Assembly (NCBI GenBank): GCA_037444445.1
Contig: JBBIMK010000001.1
Span: 150,001-182,000, forward strand
Reading direction: 5' to 3'
DNA: 32,000 nt
From: a bacterium
Lineage (GTDB): Bacteria > UBP7 > UBA6624 > JBBIMK01
The first letter of the stretch is position 1, and the number at the start of each line of letters is the position of its first letter. A program made the translations under genes and the position numbers. Below are positions 16,215 through 25,467 of this stretch, piece by piece. Below the pieces are notes generated by a model that saw only the letters and a list, made by a program, of their open reading frames with translations, was not told the DNA's origin and searched no databases.

Positions 16215-17975
16215 GTGAAAGAATCTATGTCTGAAGTAGAACGCCTTCGGCATACGGGGGCTCATATTCTGGCACAGGCTGTCAAACGCCTTTTCCACTC
16301 TGTTCGCCTGGCCATCGGCCCCCCCATTGAAAATGGCTTTTATTATGATTTTGAAGTAGAGCACCCATTTTCCGAAGAAGACCTGAAAAAAATAGAAGAA
16401 GAAATGCGAAAAATCGTAGAGGCCGATTATCCGGTAGAACAGGTATATCTGGATCGTGCGGAAGCGGAGAAAATTCTTCAGAATGAACCTTTCAAACAGG
16501 AACTGTTAAAAGAGATTCCGGATGAGAAAGTCTCTTTCTATCGGGATGGAGAGTTCATAGATTTGTGTCGGGGTCCACATGTATCCCGAACTGGGGAAGT
16601 GAAATTTTTCAAGATTCTCGGCACAGCCGGAGCATACTGGCGAGGCGATGAGCGCCGGCCTATGCTCCAGCGCATTTATGGAACTGCATTCTTTACACAG
16701 GAAGAGTTAGAGCAGTACCTTCGCCTGCAGGAGGAAGCAGCAAAAAGAGACCACAGGAAACTCGGGAAAGAGCTTGAACTTTTCACCTTTTTCCCGGATG
16801 AGGCCGGTGCTGGACTGGTGTTTTACCTCCCTCGCGGAGTTGTCTTCCGACGAATTCTGGAAGAAATTAACATTCAGGAACACTTAAAACGAGGATATAT
16901 TCAGGTTATGACTCCCCACTTAATGAAAATCCACCTGTGGGAAACTTCAGGACATCTGGAAAATTACCGGGATAATATGTTCATTATTCAGGAACCCAGG
17001 GCTTCAGAATCCGAGGGGGTAGCAGAACAATATGCGGTGAAACCGATGAATTGCCCGGCTCATATTCTCCTGTATAAAAGCAAGCGCAGGAGTTACCGAG
17101 AACTGCCTATGAGAATCTATGAACTGGGGACTGTGTATCGCTTTGAGCGGGGCGGCACTATGCACGGACTGATGCGAGTTCGTGGGTTTACTCAAGACGA
17201 TGCGCATATCTTTTGTTCCTTATCTGACCTGGAAAAGGAAATTCAAGGTGTATTAGAATTCACCTTCTACCTGCTAAAAATTTTTGGGTTCCGTTGGGAA
17301 TTAGCGTTGAAGGGCCGACCCCAGCTATCCATGGGGGAGGAATTCATATGGGAGCACTCGGAGAAGGCATTGAGGAATGCTTTAGAGTCTCTTCACCTGC
17401 TTTACGATTATTATCCTCGGGATGGCGCCTTTTATGGACCCAAAATTGATATCATCTTGAAAGATGCACTGGGGCGGGATTGGCAGGGTCCCACGGTGCA
17501 GGTGGACTTCAACCTGCCCCAGCGATTCCAGTTGATTTTCGTCAATGCAGAGGACCGAGAAGAACAACCGGTTATCATCCATCGGGCTTGCTGGGGGAGT
17601 TTAGAGCGGTTTATCGGAATTTTAATTGAGCATTATGGTGGGCGCTTCCCGCTCTGGTTATCCCCGGTTCAGATACGGGTTCTCCCCATCGCTGACCGTC
17701 ATCAAGCCTATGCTAATCAAGTTGCCCTGCATTTGCAGAAAAAAGGACTTCGGGTGGAAACAGATAACCGAAATCAAACTCTACCCTATAAAATCCGGGA
17801 AGGACAAAAAGAAAAAATCCCTTACTTACTCGTGATAGGGAATCGAGAGATGGAACAGAACACGGTCTCGGTCCGAAGCCGTGAAGAAGGGGATATGGGC
17901 TCTATGAGTCTGGAGCAGTTCTACACAAGCATTCAAAAAAATCTCTCTTACAAGGAGGAGGAGAGTGGGGCCTGA
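16215..17975 (+). CDS. thrS: threonyl-tRNA synthetase lacking the N-terminal TGS domain
   Basis: The editing-domain text RHTGAHILAQAV begins about 12 residues from the start. Also present are DHRKLGKEL and the class II core (RVRGFTQDDAHIFC, HRACWGSLERF), followed by the anticodon-binding domain. The start is GTG 16215 or ATG 16227. Confidence 0.9.
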   Translation: MKESMSEVERLRHTGAHILAQAVKRLFHSVRLAIGPPIENGFYYDFEVEHPFSEEDLKKIEEEMRKIVEADYPVEQVYLDRAEAEKILQNEPFKQELLKEIPDEKVSFYRDGEFIDLCRGPHVSRTGEVKFFKILGTAGAYWRGDERRPMLQRIYGTAFFTQEELEQYLRLQEEAAKRDHRKLGKELELFTFFPDEAGAGLVFYLPRGVVFRRILEEINIQEHLKRGYIQVMTPHLMKIHLWETSGHLENYRDNMFIIQEPRASESEGVAEQYAVKPMNCPAHILLYKSKRRSYRELPMRIYELGTVYRFERGGTMHGLMRVRGFTQDDAHIFCSLSDLEKEIQGVLEFTFYLLKIFGFRWELALKGRPQLSMGEEFIWEHSEKALRNALESLHLLYDYYPRDGAFYGPKIDIILKDALGRDWQGPTVQVDFNLPQRFQLIFVNAEDREEQPVIIHRACWGSLERFIGILIEHYGGRFPLWLSPVQIRVLPIADRHQAYANQVALHLQKKGLRVETDNRNQTLPYKIREGQKEKIPYLLVIGNREMEQNTVSVRSREEGDMGSMSLEQFYTSIQKNLSYKEEESGA

Positions 17976-18507
17976 GAACTTACCGGTTAACGAAGAAATC
18001 CGCCCTCATCAGGTGATTGTTATCAGTGAGGAAGGAAAAAATCTGGGTGTGATGAAGCGGGAAGAAGCGCTGCGGTTAGCAGGAGAGAAGGGGTTAGACC
18101 TGGTAATGGTCGCTCCTCGTGAAATTCCTGTCTGTCGCTTGATGAATTATGAAAAGTATCTATACCAGAAGGAAAAGAGAATGAAAGAAATAGGCAAGAC
18201 CCATCGCAAAAACATTCCGAAAGAGGTGAAACTGGGCATCCGAATCGGGCCCATGGACTTTGAGATTAAAATGAATCGGATCAGGGAATTTTTGTCCGAA
18301 GGTAGAAAGGTTCGTGTAATCATTGAATTCAGGGGATGGCGTGAGTTGGCACACACGGACCAGGGATACGAAAAAATTCAAAAAATCAAAGAAATTTTTA
18401 AAGATTTAGCCAAGGTAGAAAGCGATGTGAAACGAGATGGACGCCGGATTTATATGATCCTCAGCTCCAAAAAAGAGGCGCGAATGCCTGAAGGAAAATC
18501 TTCCTAA
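17965..18507 (+). CDS. infC: translation initiation factor IF-3
   Basis: [23 protein letters not shown]...GLDLVMV is IF-3 N-domain text. The GTG start follows AAGGAGGAGG and overlaps the thrS stop by 11 nt. Confidence 0.9.
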   Translation: MGPENLPVNEEIRPHQVIVISEEGKNLGVMKREEALRLAGEKGLDLVMVAPREIPVCRLMNYEKYLYQKEKRMKEIGKTHRKNIPKEVKLGIRIGPMDFEIKMNRIREFLSEGRKVRVIIEFRGWRELAHTDQGYEKIQKIKEIFKDLAKVESDVKRDGRRIYMILSSKKEARMPEGKSS

Positions 18508-18520
18508 AGGAGTCAGGAAT

Positions 18521-18721
18521 ATGGGCAAGATAAAAATGAAAACCCACAAGTCGTTAGCCAAACGATTTAAGGTGACTGGCACAGGCAAGTTGATGCACTG
18601 GAAAGCGGGCAAAAGCCACTTGCTTCGGAGGAAATCATCAAAACGACGAAGGAGATTGAGCCAAACTAAAATACTCACCGGCCGCATGGCGTTAAAATTC
18701 AAAAGGGTGATAAAAACCTGA
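18521..18721 (+). CDS. rpmI: 50S ribosomal protein L35
   Basis: The text [19 protein letters not shown] is typical, the length is 66 aa, and an SD AGGAG is present. Confidence 0.9.
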   Translation: MGKIKMKTHKSLAKRFKVTGTGKLMHWKAGKSHLLRRKSSKRRRRLSQTKILTGRMALKFKRVIKT

Positions 18722-18754
18722 AATCGTATCGGAAAAAAGAGGAGGATTCCTGAG

Positions 18755-19117
18755 ATGGTAAGAATAAAGACCGGTGTAACCCGAAGGAGAAAACACCAGC
18801 GGTTACTTCGGAAAACGAAGGGGTACCGTGGGGCTCGGAGCCGCAGGTTCAAAACGGCAAAGGAAGCACATATTCGGGCTTTGCAGTACGCTTATGCCCA
18901 TCGGAGACTAAAGAAACGCCAATTCCGCTCTCTATGGATTGTGAGGTTAAACGCCGCTTTGAAACCCTATGGATTGAATTATTCTGCATTTATTCGCGGG
19001 TTGAAACAGAGAGGAATTGAACTGAACCGGAAGGTCCTGGCACATATAGCAGTCAGCGAGCCAGAGCTCTTCCAGCAGGTAGTTCAAACCATCCAAACCT
19101 CTTCTTCCAAAGTTTGA
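18755..19117 (+). CDS. rplT: 50S ribosomal protein L20
   Basis: MVRIKTGVTRRRKHQRLLRKTKGYRG...AYAHRRLKKRQFRSLWI is typical L20 text. The length is 120 aa and an SD GAGGAGG is present. Confidence 0.95.
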   Translation: MVRIKTGVTRRRKHQRLLRKTKGYRGARSRRFKTAKEAHIRALQYAYAHRRLKKRQFRSLWIVRLNAALKPYGLNYSAFIRGLKQRGIELNRKVLAHIAVSEPELFQQVVQTIQTSSSKV

Positions 19118-19142
19118 ACGATATTGAATGGAAAAGAAACCC

Positions 19143-19169
19143 CATACCCTCTATCCAAAAGAGGGTATG
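19143..19169 (-). terminator. hairpin terminator between the convergent rplT and acyl-CoA dehydrogenase genes
   Basis: A 9-bp stem (cataccctc / gagggtatg) closes a 9-nt loop. On the minus strand it is followed by ggTTTCTTTTcc. It overlaps the ACAD stop codon. There is no U-tract on the plus-strand side. Confidence 0.5.
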
Positions 19170-20320
19170 TCAGTGATGTGGCGCCCGATAATCAGCGTTT
19201 GAATTTCGTGAGTTCCTTCGTAAGTATAAACGCTTTCAAGGTTCAAAGCATGGCGAAGGGAATGGCTCTCAATGAGGATACCCCCTGCTCCAAGAATAGA
19301 GCGAGCCATGCGAGCAATATCCAGAGCAGTTTTTACATTATTTCGTTTTGCCATTGAAATCTGTTCGTAATGAGCCTTTCCTTTTTCCTTCATCCGTCCT
19401 AAACGATAAACGAGTAATTGAGCCTTTGTAATTTCCTGAAGCATTTCCACTAACTGTTGCTGAATCAATTGGAAGGAAGCGATAGGTTTCTGGAACTGGA
19501 TGCGTTTGAGGGCAAATTCAAGGGCCTCTTCATAGCAAGCCATGGCAGCGCCCACTGCTCCCCAGGCGATTCCATAACGCGCCTGGGTGAGGCACATAAA
19601 AGCGCTTTTAATGCCCTCTGTATGAGGCAACCGATGACTCTCGGGAATATGAGCCTGGTCGAGATAGAGGGTGGAGGTTACAGAGGCACGGAGGGAGAGT
19701 TTCCCTTTGATGGTTTCCGCTGTAAATCCTTTGGTCCCCTTTTCCACCAGAAAGCCCTGAACGACGCCATCCGGGTCTTTAGCCCATACTACAGCCACAT
19801 CTGCAATCGTGCCGTTTGTAATCCACATTTTCGTTCCATTGAGAATCCAATCGGAGCCCTGTCGCCGGGCGGTGGTGGTCATAGAAGCGGGGTCAGAACC
19901 CGCTTCCGGTTCCGTGAGCCCGAAACAACCAATTTTTTCACCTTTTGCCAGAAGCGGAAGCCAGTATCGTTTTTGCTCCTCGCTCCCGAAGGCATAAATG
20001 GGGTACATCACCAGAGCACTTTGCACAGAAGCACAGGAGCGTATCCCTGAATCTCCACGCTCCAGTTCTTGCATGATTAAGCCGTATGCTACATCCCCCA
20101 GATTATGCCCACCATACTCCTTCGGGAAAGTGGGACCGAAAGCCCCCAGGGCCGCCAAACTCGGTATCAGGTCCATTGGGAACTCATCATTCATCCAGAG
20201 ATGCGGTATCCTGGGCATCACTTTTTCCTCCACAAATTTTCGGAAGGTGTTACGAATGAGTTTCTCCTGGGGAGTAAATTCCTCTTCTAAATCGTAGTAG
20301 TCCACTCCCTTAAAATTCAT
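19151..20320 (-). CDS. acyl-CoA dehydrogenase, glutaryl-CoA dehydrogenase-like
   Basis: ACAD blocks are present (GCFGLTEPEAGSDPASM, WITNG). The C-terminal YTYEGTHEIQTLIIGRHITDI resembles the GCDH-type TYEGTHDIH motif. An SD GGAGGTGG lies upstream, 23 nt after the cytochrome gene. Confidence 0.75.
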   Translation of the reverse strand: MNFKGVDYYDLEEEFTPQEKLIRNTFRKFVEEKVMPRIPHLWMNDEFPMDLIPSLAALGAFGPTFPKEYGGHNLGDVAYGLIMQELERGDSGIRSCASVQSALVMYPIYAFGSEEQKRYWLPLLAKGEKIGCFGLTEPEAGSDPASMTTTARRQGSDWILNGTKMWITNGTIADVAVVWAKDPDGVVQGFLVEKGTKGFTAETIKGKLSLRASVTSTLYLDQAHIPESHRLPHTEGIKSAFMCLTQARYGIAWGAVGAAMACYEEALEFALKRIQFQKPIASFQLIQQQLVEMLQEITKAQLLVYRLGRMKEKGKAHYEQISMAKRNNVKTALDIARMARSILGAGGILIESHSLRHALNLESVYTYEGTHEIQTLIIGRHITDIPSFG

Positions 20321-20343
20321 AGCCCCACCTCCTGTAGTAAATT

Positions 20344-21714
20344 TTACGGTATAAGAGACAAGGATAGATAGCCTTTGCCCGGTCTTTCTGCCTGGCGCTT
20401 CAACTCCAGGTCTTTTGGACGCATTTCGTGATAATTAGCGGTGTGGCACTGAAGGCACACATTCCGGTCTGGAGTGATGCGAGAAATGGAGGCTCCTGAC
20501 TGAGCATACAATGTTCCCATGGGACTCTTTTTCAACTTTCCTTCACTATCCCGATATTGAACCTCAAAAAAAGCAGAATTTACTGGTGCAGGAATCCCTT
20601 TCTTTTCCAGTTCCTTGCGAGCCGCCTCAGCTAAAAAAGCATTCAGCCCCATCTGCATTAAAACTGCATAATATTCACCCGGTCCATGACAGGCCTCACA
20701 GGTAACCCCACGTTCCACATAAGTTCCAGTGGCTGGATTATACCCTGTGGTATGACAGGGATAACACGACCTGCGATACTCTTCCGTGCCATTCTGATAA
20801 TCCACCTGTTTTTCAACCACATCCATCGTTTTGAATTTAGACTTTTGCCAGTAGTGAACATGCTCCAATGTCTCAGTGCGATATGCTACCACCTGGTCAT
20901 GACAGGTGAGACAATAAGCAGAACCCAGATATTTCAAAGGTTCGCCTGTTACATTATATTCCCGATAAGTAGGAGGGGGGGCAAGAATCGGGTCGGAAGT
21001 GGGGGGGGTGAGTTCCCGAAGGCGCTTCCAGAAATTATAAATATAGGTTTTGGGATTTTCATTCTCAAAAGCCAGATGAACCTTCTGTCGGTCTTTGTGA
21101 GAAACCCGGAATGGAAGATGGCGGTCTGCCTCTTTCCGCATCTGTGGGTCTTTCTGGTGGTTATGGCAGGTTGTGCATTGGAGCATCAAGCCGGGATCCA
21201 ACCCCGCTGTGCTGGGATGGTTAGCCATAATGGAAACATCCCTCACATGGCAGTAATCGCAGGGGCTTTCAGCAAAATAGGCAGATGCCACCATTTCCTG
21301 CTTATTCCTTAGCAACCCTGTGTGCGCCTCCTCCACATTAGTAGCCATTCCTACACCCCGATGACAAACAGTGCAGCCGAAAATCGCCAGGGGAAAATCT
21401 TTCCTCATCGGGTGTTTTTGGTCCAGCCAATCTTCATCCACATGGCAGGTAATACACCTTTCTGATTCACCGGTCTGTAGCAATATCTGTTTTAATTCCA
21501 GAGGGGGATTCCGGTATTCTTCCATCATTTTTTCATACTTCCTTTTTAACTCTTCCGAGGATGCCGAGGCTGCCGCTTCTTTTAAACGATTATAGGCATG
21601 ACGATATGCCTGCTTCTGTATGTTCACCCAGGGAGGGTGAAACTCGCGATAAGTGACCCAGACAAGAAGAATCACCAGCAGAATCCCTGAAAATCCGAAG
21701 ATTCGATTTAACAT
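20344..21714 (-). CDS. membrane-anchored octahaem c-type cytochrome
   Basis: An N-terminal TM helix (FGFSGILLVILLVWVTY) is followed by eight CXXCH motifs: CITCH, CTVCH, CDYCH, CTTCH, CLTCH, CYPCH, CEACH, CLQCH. An SD AGGAGGGG is present. The gene lies 13 nt downstream of cytochrome b. Confidence 0.8.
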   Translation of the reverse strand: MLNRIFGFSGILLVILLVWVTYREFHPPWVNIQKQAYRHAYNRLKEAAASASSEELKRKYEKMMEEYRNPPLELKQILLQTGESERCITCHVDEDWLDQKHPMRKDFPLAIFGCTVCHRGVGMATNVEEAHTGLLRNKQEMVASAYFAESPCDYCHVRDVSIMANHPSTAGLDPGLMLQCTTCHNHQKDPQMRKEADRHLPFRVSHKDRQKVHLAFENENPKTYIYNFWKRLRELTPPTSDPILAPPPTYREYNVTGEPLKYLGSAYCLTCHDQVVAYRTETLEHVHYWQKSKFKTMDVVEKQVDYQNGTEEYRRSCYPCHTTGYNPATGTYVERGVTCEACHGPGEYYAVLMQMGLNAFLAEAARKELEKKGIPAPVNSAFFEVQYRDSEGKLKKSPMGTLYAQSGASISRITPDRNVCLQCHTANYHEMRPKDLELKRQAERPGKGYLSLSLIP

Positions 21715-21727
21715 TCACGGGCCCCTC

Positions 21728-23599
21728 CTAAATATTGAACCACGGCGTCCTCACCACATATTTTATATTAAAGCCCAAGCGCAGAAATATCTTCGCCCAG
21801 AGACCTACCATCGTAGTCAATAGAAACGACATGATGACATAGCGACGCACTCCCATAATGTGATAGATTTTAGGGAAGAAATAACGAGGAAGCCACATAC
21901 CGAGAGTGTAAAAAAGGAACAAAGCCAGCCATCCGATAATCTGATACTTCGGCTTTGGAGCAAGAAGCACCATTTCCACTGCATTTTCCGAAGGTTGAGC
22001 CTCCTTCACCCCGGACGCAGGCGGACCTTCAGAAGCCTGTGCTTCATTCACTGCAAGCCGTTTATTTCTCCTGGTTATGCATTCTACCACGGTGGGTTTT
22101 CGGATATTTAACAACTTATCCGCTTCTTCCCGAGGAAGAAAGGTTTTTCTTTTTGAAAAAGCACAAGAAATATAATCCTCTGGAGTCAGGTAGAGTTTTG
22201 CCTGTGTGGTTTTTTCAATTGCCCAGGATTCCCAGGGCCAGTACCACTGCCAGTTAGGACCTCGGAAATACTGCCCGATTAAAATCAAGATGAACCACAT
22301 GGCGAAACCCGAAGTGAAAATCGTAACAGCCAGGGGGCGTTGTTTCCAAACTTTCGGAGATAAAGGGTAGTTGCCGATTCCACTCACCGTAGGGTCCAGA
22401 TAAGGCACAAGAATTAAACCGATGATAATGAGACCCGGTAACACCACGCCCGCAATCCAGGGGTCAAAGTAAACCAGCATTTCCTGTAGCCCTACAAAAT
22501 ACCAGGGGGCTTTAGAGGGATTCGGTGTGAGACTCGGGTTGGCCATCTCTTCTAATGGAGCGTCAAAAATGATAGAAGCAAGGATAAGTACCACCGTAGT
22601 GACCACCATCACCATGGCTGTGGGAATAATAAAATCCGGCCAGACGAACACCCTGGGCTGTAATTTCGGCTCCTGTAACTTCTCGCGGGTTTTCTTCAGC
22701 CATTCAATTTCTGCTTCCAGTGCCTCCTGTGAGGAAATCTGAGCAGGAATTCCTTCAGGCGCCAGTTCCATAGGATATGAGAATTCATCCTTCCTTACCC
22801 GCCAGAGGTGGATAGAAATTAAAACGGCGAGAATGACAGGAAAAATAACGCAGTGCCAGACATAGAAGCGAATCAGAGCCGCTTCTCCTACAACAGTTCC
22901 CCCTAACAGGATGAAATGGGCATCGTGCCATTGGTCCAATAACGAAAAAGGACCTTGATAACCCAGAAAAGGGGTGTAGCTTGCCATATTGGAACCCACG
23001 GTAATCGCCCACATAGCCAGTTGGTCCCAGGGAAGTAAATAGCCCGTAAAACTCAATAAGAAAGTTATCACCAGCAAGAATACACCGATGACCCAGTTAA
23101 ACTGGCGAGGGGGCTTGTAGGCTCCAGATAAAAAAACGCGTAACATATGAAACATAACGGCAATGAGCATAGCATGGGCTCCCCATCGGTGTAAGTTTCG
23201 CATGAACATGCCGTATGGAATCACGCCATACTTGAAATCCAGCATATCTCTGTAAGCCAGAGATATTGTGGGTCGGTAGTAAAGCATCAGGAGAAGGCCG
23301 GTAACAATGAGGACGAAGAAAAGGTAAAAGGATATAATGCCGAGAAAGAAACTATAGTGAAAATCCAACCAGTTAGCAGGCATCTTGGAAGGCAGGAGGT
23401 GCAACCAAACGCTTTCCCTCATAACAAGAGTGCGTTTGGCTGTGGTATCAAAGGGGGTGCGCACCCGATAGATAGATTTCCAAACTTCCGTTTCTACCAG
23501 CCAGTCCAGGAACCTTTTCCCTATGCTTTTCTCGGAGGTTTCTATCTTTTGAAAAAGGGTTTCTATTTGGTAAAAATACCACTCAAGAAATTTTTTCAT
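21728..23599 (-). CDS. cytochrome b of a Rieske/cyt b complex (b6-like and subunit-IV-like parts fused, with a long C-terminal extension)
   Basis: The helix B His pair is H137/H151 ([15 protein letters not shown]) and the helix D pair is H249/H264 (b6-type spacing). The Qo-site region reads KAPWYF. The C-terminus carries about 105 hydrophilic residues and two extra hydrophobic helices. Confidence 0.85.
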   Translation of the reverse strand: MKKFLEWYFYQIETLFQKIETSEKSIGKRFLDWLVETEVWKSIYRVRTPFDTTAKRTLVMRESVWLHLLPSKMPANWLDFHYSFFLGIISFYLFFVLIVTGLLLMLYYRPTISLAYRDMLDFKYGVIPYGMFMRNLHRWGAHAMLIAVMFHMLRVFLSGAYKPPRQFNWVIGVFLLVITFLLSFTGYLLPWDQLAMWAITVGSNMASYTPFLGYQGPFSLLDQWHDAHFILLGGTVVGEAALIRFYVWHCVIFPVILAVLISIHLWRVRKDEFSYPMELAPEGIPAQISSQEALEAEIEWLKKTREKLQEPKLQPRVFVWPDFIIPTAMVMVVTTVVLILASIIFDAPLEEMANPSLTPNPSKAPWYFVGLQEMLVYFDPWIAGVVLPGLIIIGLILVPYLDPTVSGIGNYPLSPKVWKQRPLAVTIFTSGFAMWFILILIGQYFRGPNWQWYWPWESWAIEKTTQAKLYLTPEDYISCAFSKRKTFLPREEADKLLNIRKPTVVECITRRNKRLAVNEAQASEGPPASGVKEAQPSENAVEMVLLAPKPKYQIIGWLALFLFYTLGMWLPRYFFPKIYHIMGVRRYVIMSFLLTTMVGLWAKIFLRLGFNIKYVVRTPWFNI

Positions 23600-23629
23600 G
23601 GCCTGGTCAAGAAATTTCCTTTTACCATT

Positions 23630-24172
23630 TTAGCCTTTAGATGTGGATTCCGGTTGAATGAATAAAGAAGTGTCATGGGCTTCAGCGAGGTTTTTAGGGG
23701 CTTTCAACCGACTCATATCTACTGCGAATCGGCCATCGGGCGCCACTTCCAAAGCAGGCCGTCTCAAGGGATAGGGAGCCGGGCCCCCGATATTCGCCCC
23801 ATATCGGTCAAAGGTACTACCATGACAGGGACAACGAAAGATTCCCTCTGCCTCTATCCAGTTCGGCTGACAGCCCAGATGGGTGCAAATAGCCTGTATG
23901 GCTTGAAAACCTTCCTGATAATGAACAATCCAGACCCTTCGGCCGGGTATCAGAGATACAGTACCTAACGGATAATCATCCGGGAATCCAGCCTTGAAGC
24001 GGGGAGAAAGTTCATAAATTAACCGGGGGCGCATAAATTGACCACTCCAACCTATGACCCAGGCGGTAAAAATTAAAATAGAGGACCAGGCAGCCAGCAT
24101 CCAGCCAAGAAATCCTCGCCGGCTTACATCTGCCCCTTCCCTTTTTGCCACGGCCTCTCTCACTTCTGCCAT
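23630..24172 (-). CDS. Rieske [2Fe-2S] subunit with Tat signal
   Basis: The twin-arginine motif SRRGFLGWM is followed by a TM helix. The cluster boxes are CTHLGC and CPCHGS. An SD GGAGGTG is present. Confidence 0.9.
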   Translation of the reverse strand: MAEVREAVAKREGADVSRRGFLGWMLAAWSSILIFTAWVIGWSGQFMRPRLIYELSPRFKAGFPDDYPLGTVSLIPGRRVWIVHYQEGFQAIQAICTHLGCQPNWIEAEGIFRCPCHGSTFDRYGANIGGPAPYPLRRPALEVAPDGRFAVDMSRLKAPKNLAEAHDTSLFIQPESTSKG

Positions 24173-24203
24173 TTTCGTTTCACCTCCAGACTATCCGTAT
24201 TTT

Positions 24204-24231
24204 ATTATAGAGATTTCTTTCCATCTGACAA
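24204..24231 (-). promoter_or_regulatory. sigma70-type promoter TTGTCA-16-TATAAT upstream of the Rieske gene
   Basis: Read on the minus strand, tgacaa (24226..24231) gives TTGTCA and attata (24204..24209) gives TATAAT. The spacer is 16 nt, and the element lies about 31 nt upstream of the ATG. Confidence 0.55.
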
Positions 24232-24333
24232 TATCCCTTCTCTTATGCTACCTTCCTGGTTGTTTATCCCACTTTTTAGTCTAAAAAAACTTTCCTGACT
24301 ACATGCACAGTGAAAATAAGACCTTCAAGCGGG

Positions 24334-25368
24334 CTAAGAGTCAGAAATTTTCAATACAACTTTGCCAATTACTTCGCGATTTTCGAGAATGCGATGGGCT
24401 TCAGCGGCTTCTTTTAGAGGCAAGATTCTGTAAAGGACCGGCTTGATTTTCCTCTCCATTGCCAGTTGAACGATGTGAAACAAATCACCTTTAGACCCCA
24501 TAGTGGAGCCCAGGATAGAGAGCTGGCGGTAATAGACATGGCGCAGGTCCAGTGGAACACTATAGCCGGAGGTGGCGCCACAGGTGACGAATCTGCCTCC
24601 CCAGGTCAGGCAAGCCAGACTTTTGTTCCAATTCTCAGCTCCTGTGTGGTCAAACACCACATCCACCCCACGGCGATGGGTTATCTTTTTGACCTCTTCC
24701 AGGTAGTCAGTTTGACGGTAGTTGATGGTGAAATCGGCACCAAGTTCTCTTGCGCGATTCAACTTATCCTCGCTGCCAGCGGCCGCAATCACGATAGACC
24801 CTGACAGTTTTAAGAGTTGGATAATGGCGGTGGAAACGCCGCTCCCCGCAGCCATCACCAGCGCCCATTCTCCAGCCTTCACCTTCGCTTTGCTGAATAC
24901 CATCTGCCATCCTGTAAGAAAGACGAGGGGTAAACACGCGGCTTCCTCAAATGAAAGGGGTTCTGGATAGGGTAAAATATTCTGCATCGGCACTTTTACG
25001 AATTCAGCATATCCACCGTTCAGATGCTCTCCAAGGATTCCATAGTATCGGCAAAGATTGTCCCTTCCGGATAAACATTCTTTACACTTTCCACAGGAAA
25101 GTCCGGGTGAAATCAGAGCTTTCTGACCCACTTCCAGAGACACTCCATCCCCGACCTCGTGGATGATTCCTGCCACATCCGACCCGAGGATATGGGGATA
25201 GGACAATTTCAATGATGGGATTCCCCTCCTCACCCACAAATCCAGATGGTTAAGAGCACAGGCATGAACACGCACAAGCACCTCACCGGGACCGGGTTGA
25301 GGAGTTGATAGTTCGGTCATTTCCAAAACCTCTGGTTCCCCGTGTTTGTAAATCACTACTGCTTTCAT
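24334..25368 (-). CDS. medium-chain dehydrogenase/reductase (zinc-ADH/quinone-oxidoreductase superfamily)
   Basis: The structural-zinc loop CGKCKECLSGRDNLC and the Rossmann motif AAGSGVS are present. The catalytic GHE block reads GSD, so substrate and zinc status are unclear. I placed the start at MKAVVIYKHG. Confidence 0.75.
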   Translation of the reverse strand: MKAVVIYKHGEPEVLEMTELSTPQPGPGEVLVRVHACALNHLDLWVRRGIPSLKLSYPHILGSDVAGIIHEVGDGVSLEVGQKALISPGLSCGKCKECLSGRDNLCRYYGILGEHLNGGYAEFVKVPMQNILPYPEPLSFEEAACLPLVFLTGWQMVFSKAKVKAGEWALVMAAGSGVSTAIIQLLKLSGSIVIAAAGSEDKLNRARELGADFTINYRQTDYLEEVKKITHRRGVDVVFDHTGAENWNKSLACLTWGGRFVTCGATSGYSVPLDLRHVYYRQLSILGSTMGSKGDLFHIVQLAMERKIKPVLYRILPLKEAAEAHRILENREVIGKVVLKISDS

Positions 25369-25467
25369 TCTCTCCCACCTCTCCAATCAGGTTCCATCAA
25401 CCTAAAAAACTCCGCTTTTCGTGAACCGTTTTCCCTTCTAACTATGTAACAAAATTTTTGAAACGGC

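Noticed and set aside
15786-16364. Minus-strand ORFs (15786..15974, 15917..16156, 16101..16364) spanning the tRNA cluster.
   Set aside because: They overlap three well-folded tRNA genes and the thrS start, so they are ORF-caller artefacts.
20965-20998. Two homopolymer tracts (G7 at 20965..20971 and G8 at 20991..20998, which are C-runs on the coding strand) inside the octahaem cytochrome gene. I considered slipped-strand phase variation.
   Set aside because: They encode Pro-rich linker text (TPPT, APPP) and the frame is intact. Nothing else supports a contingency locus, though the tracts are worth remembering as a sequencing-error hotspot.
20686-21312. A 208-aa ORF on the plus strand inside the octahaem cytochrome gene. 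Similar long antisense ORFs occur at 2378..2974, 19457..20050, 28394..28864 and 31102..31515.
   Set aside because: Each lies wholly antisense to a gene with strong family motifs. Their translations are low-complexity or have no recognisable motif, and none has an SD. They are shadow ORFs.
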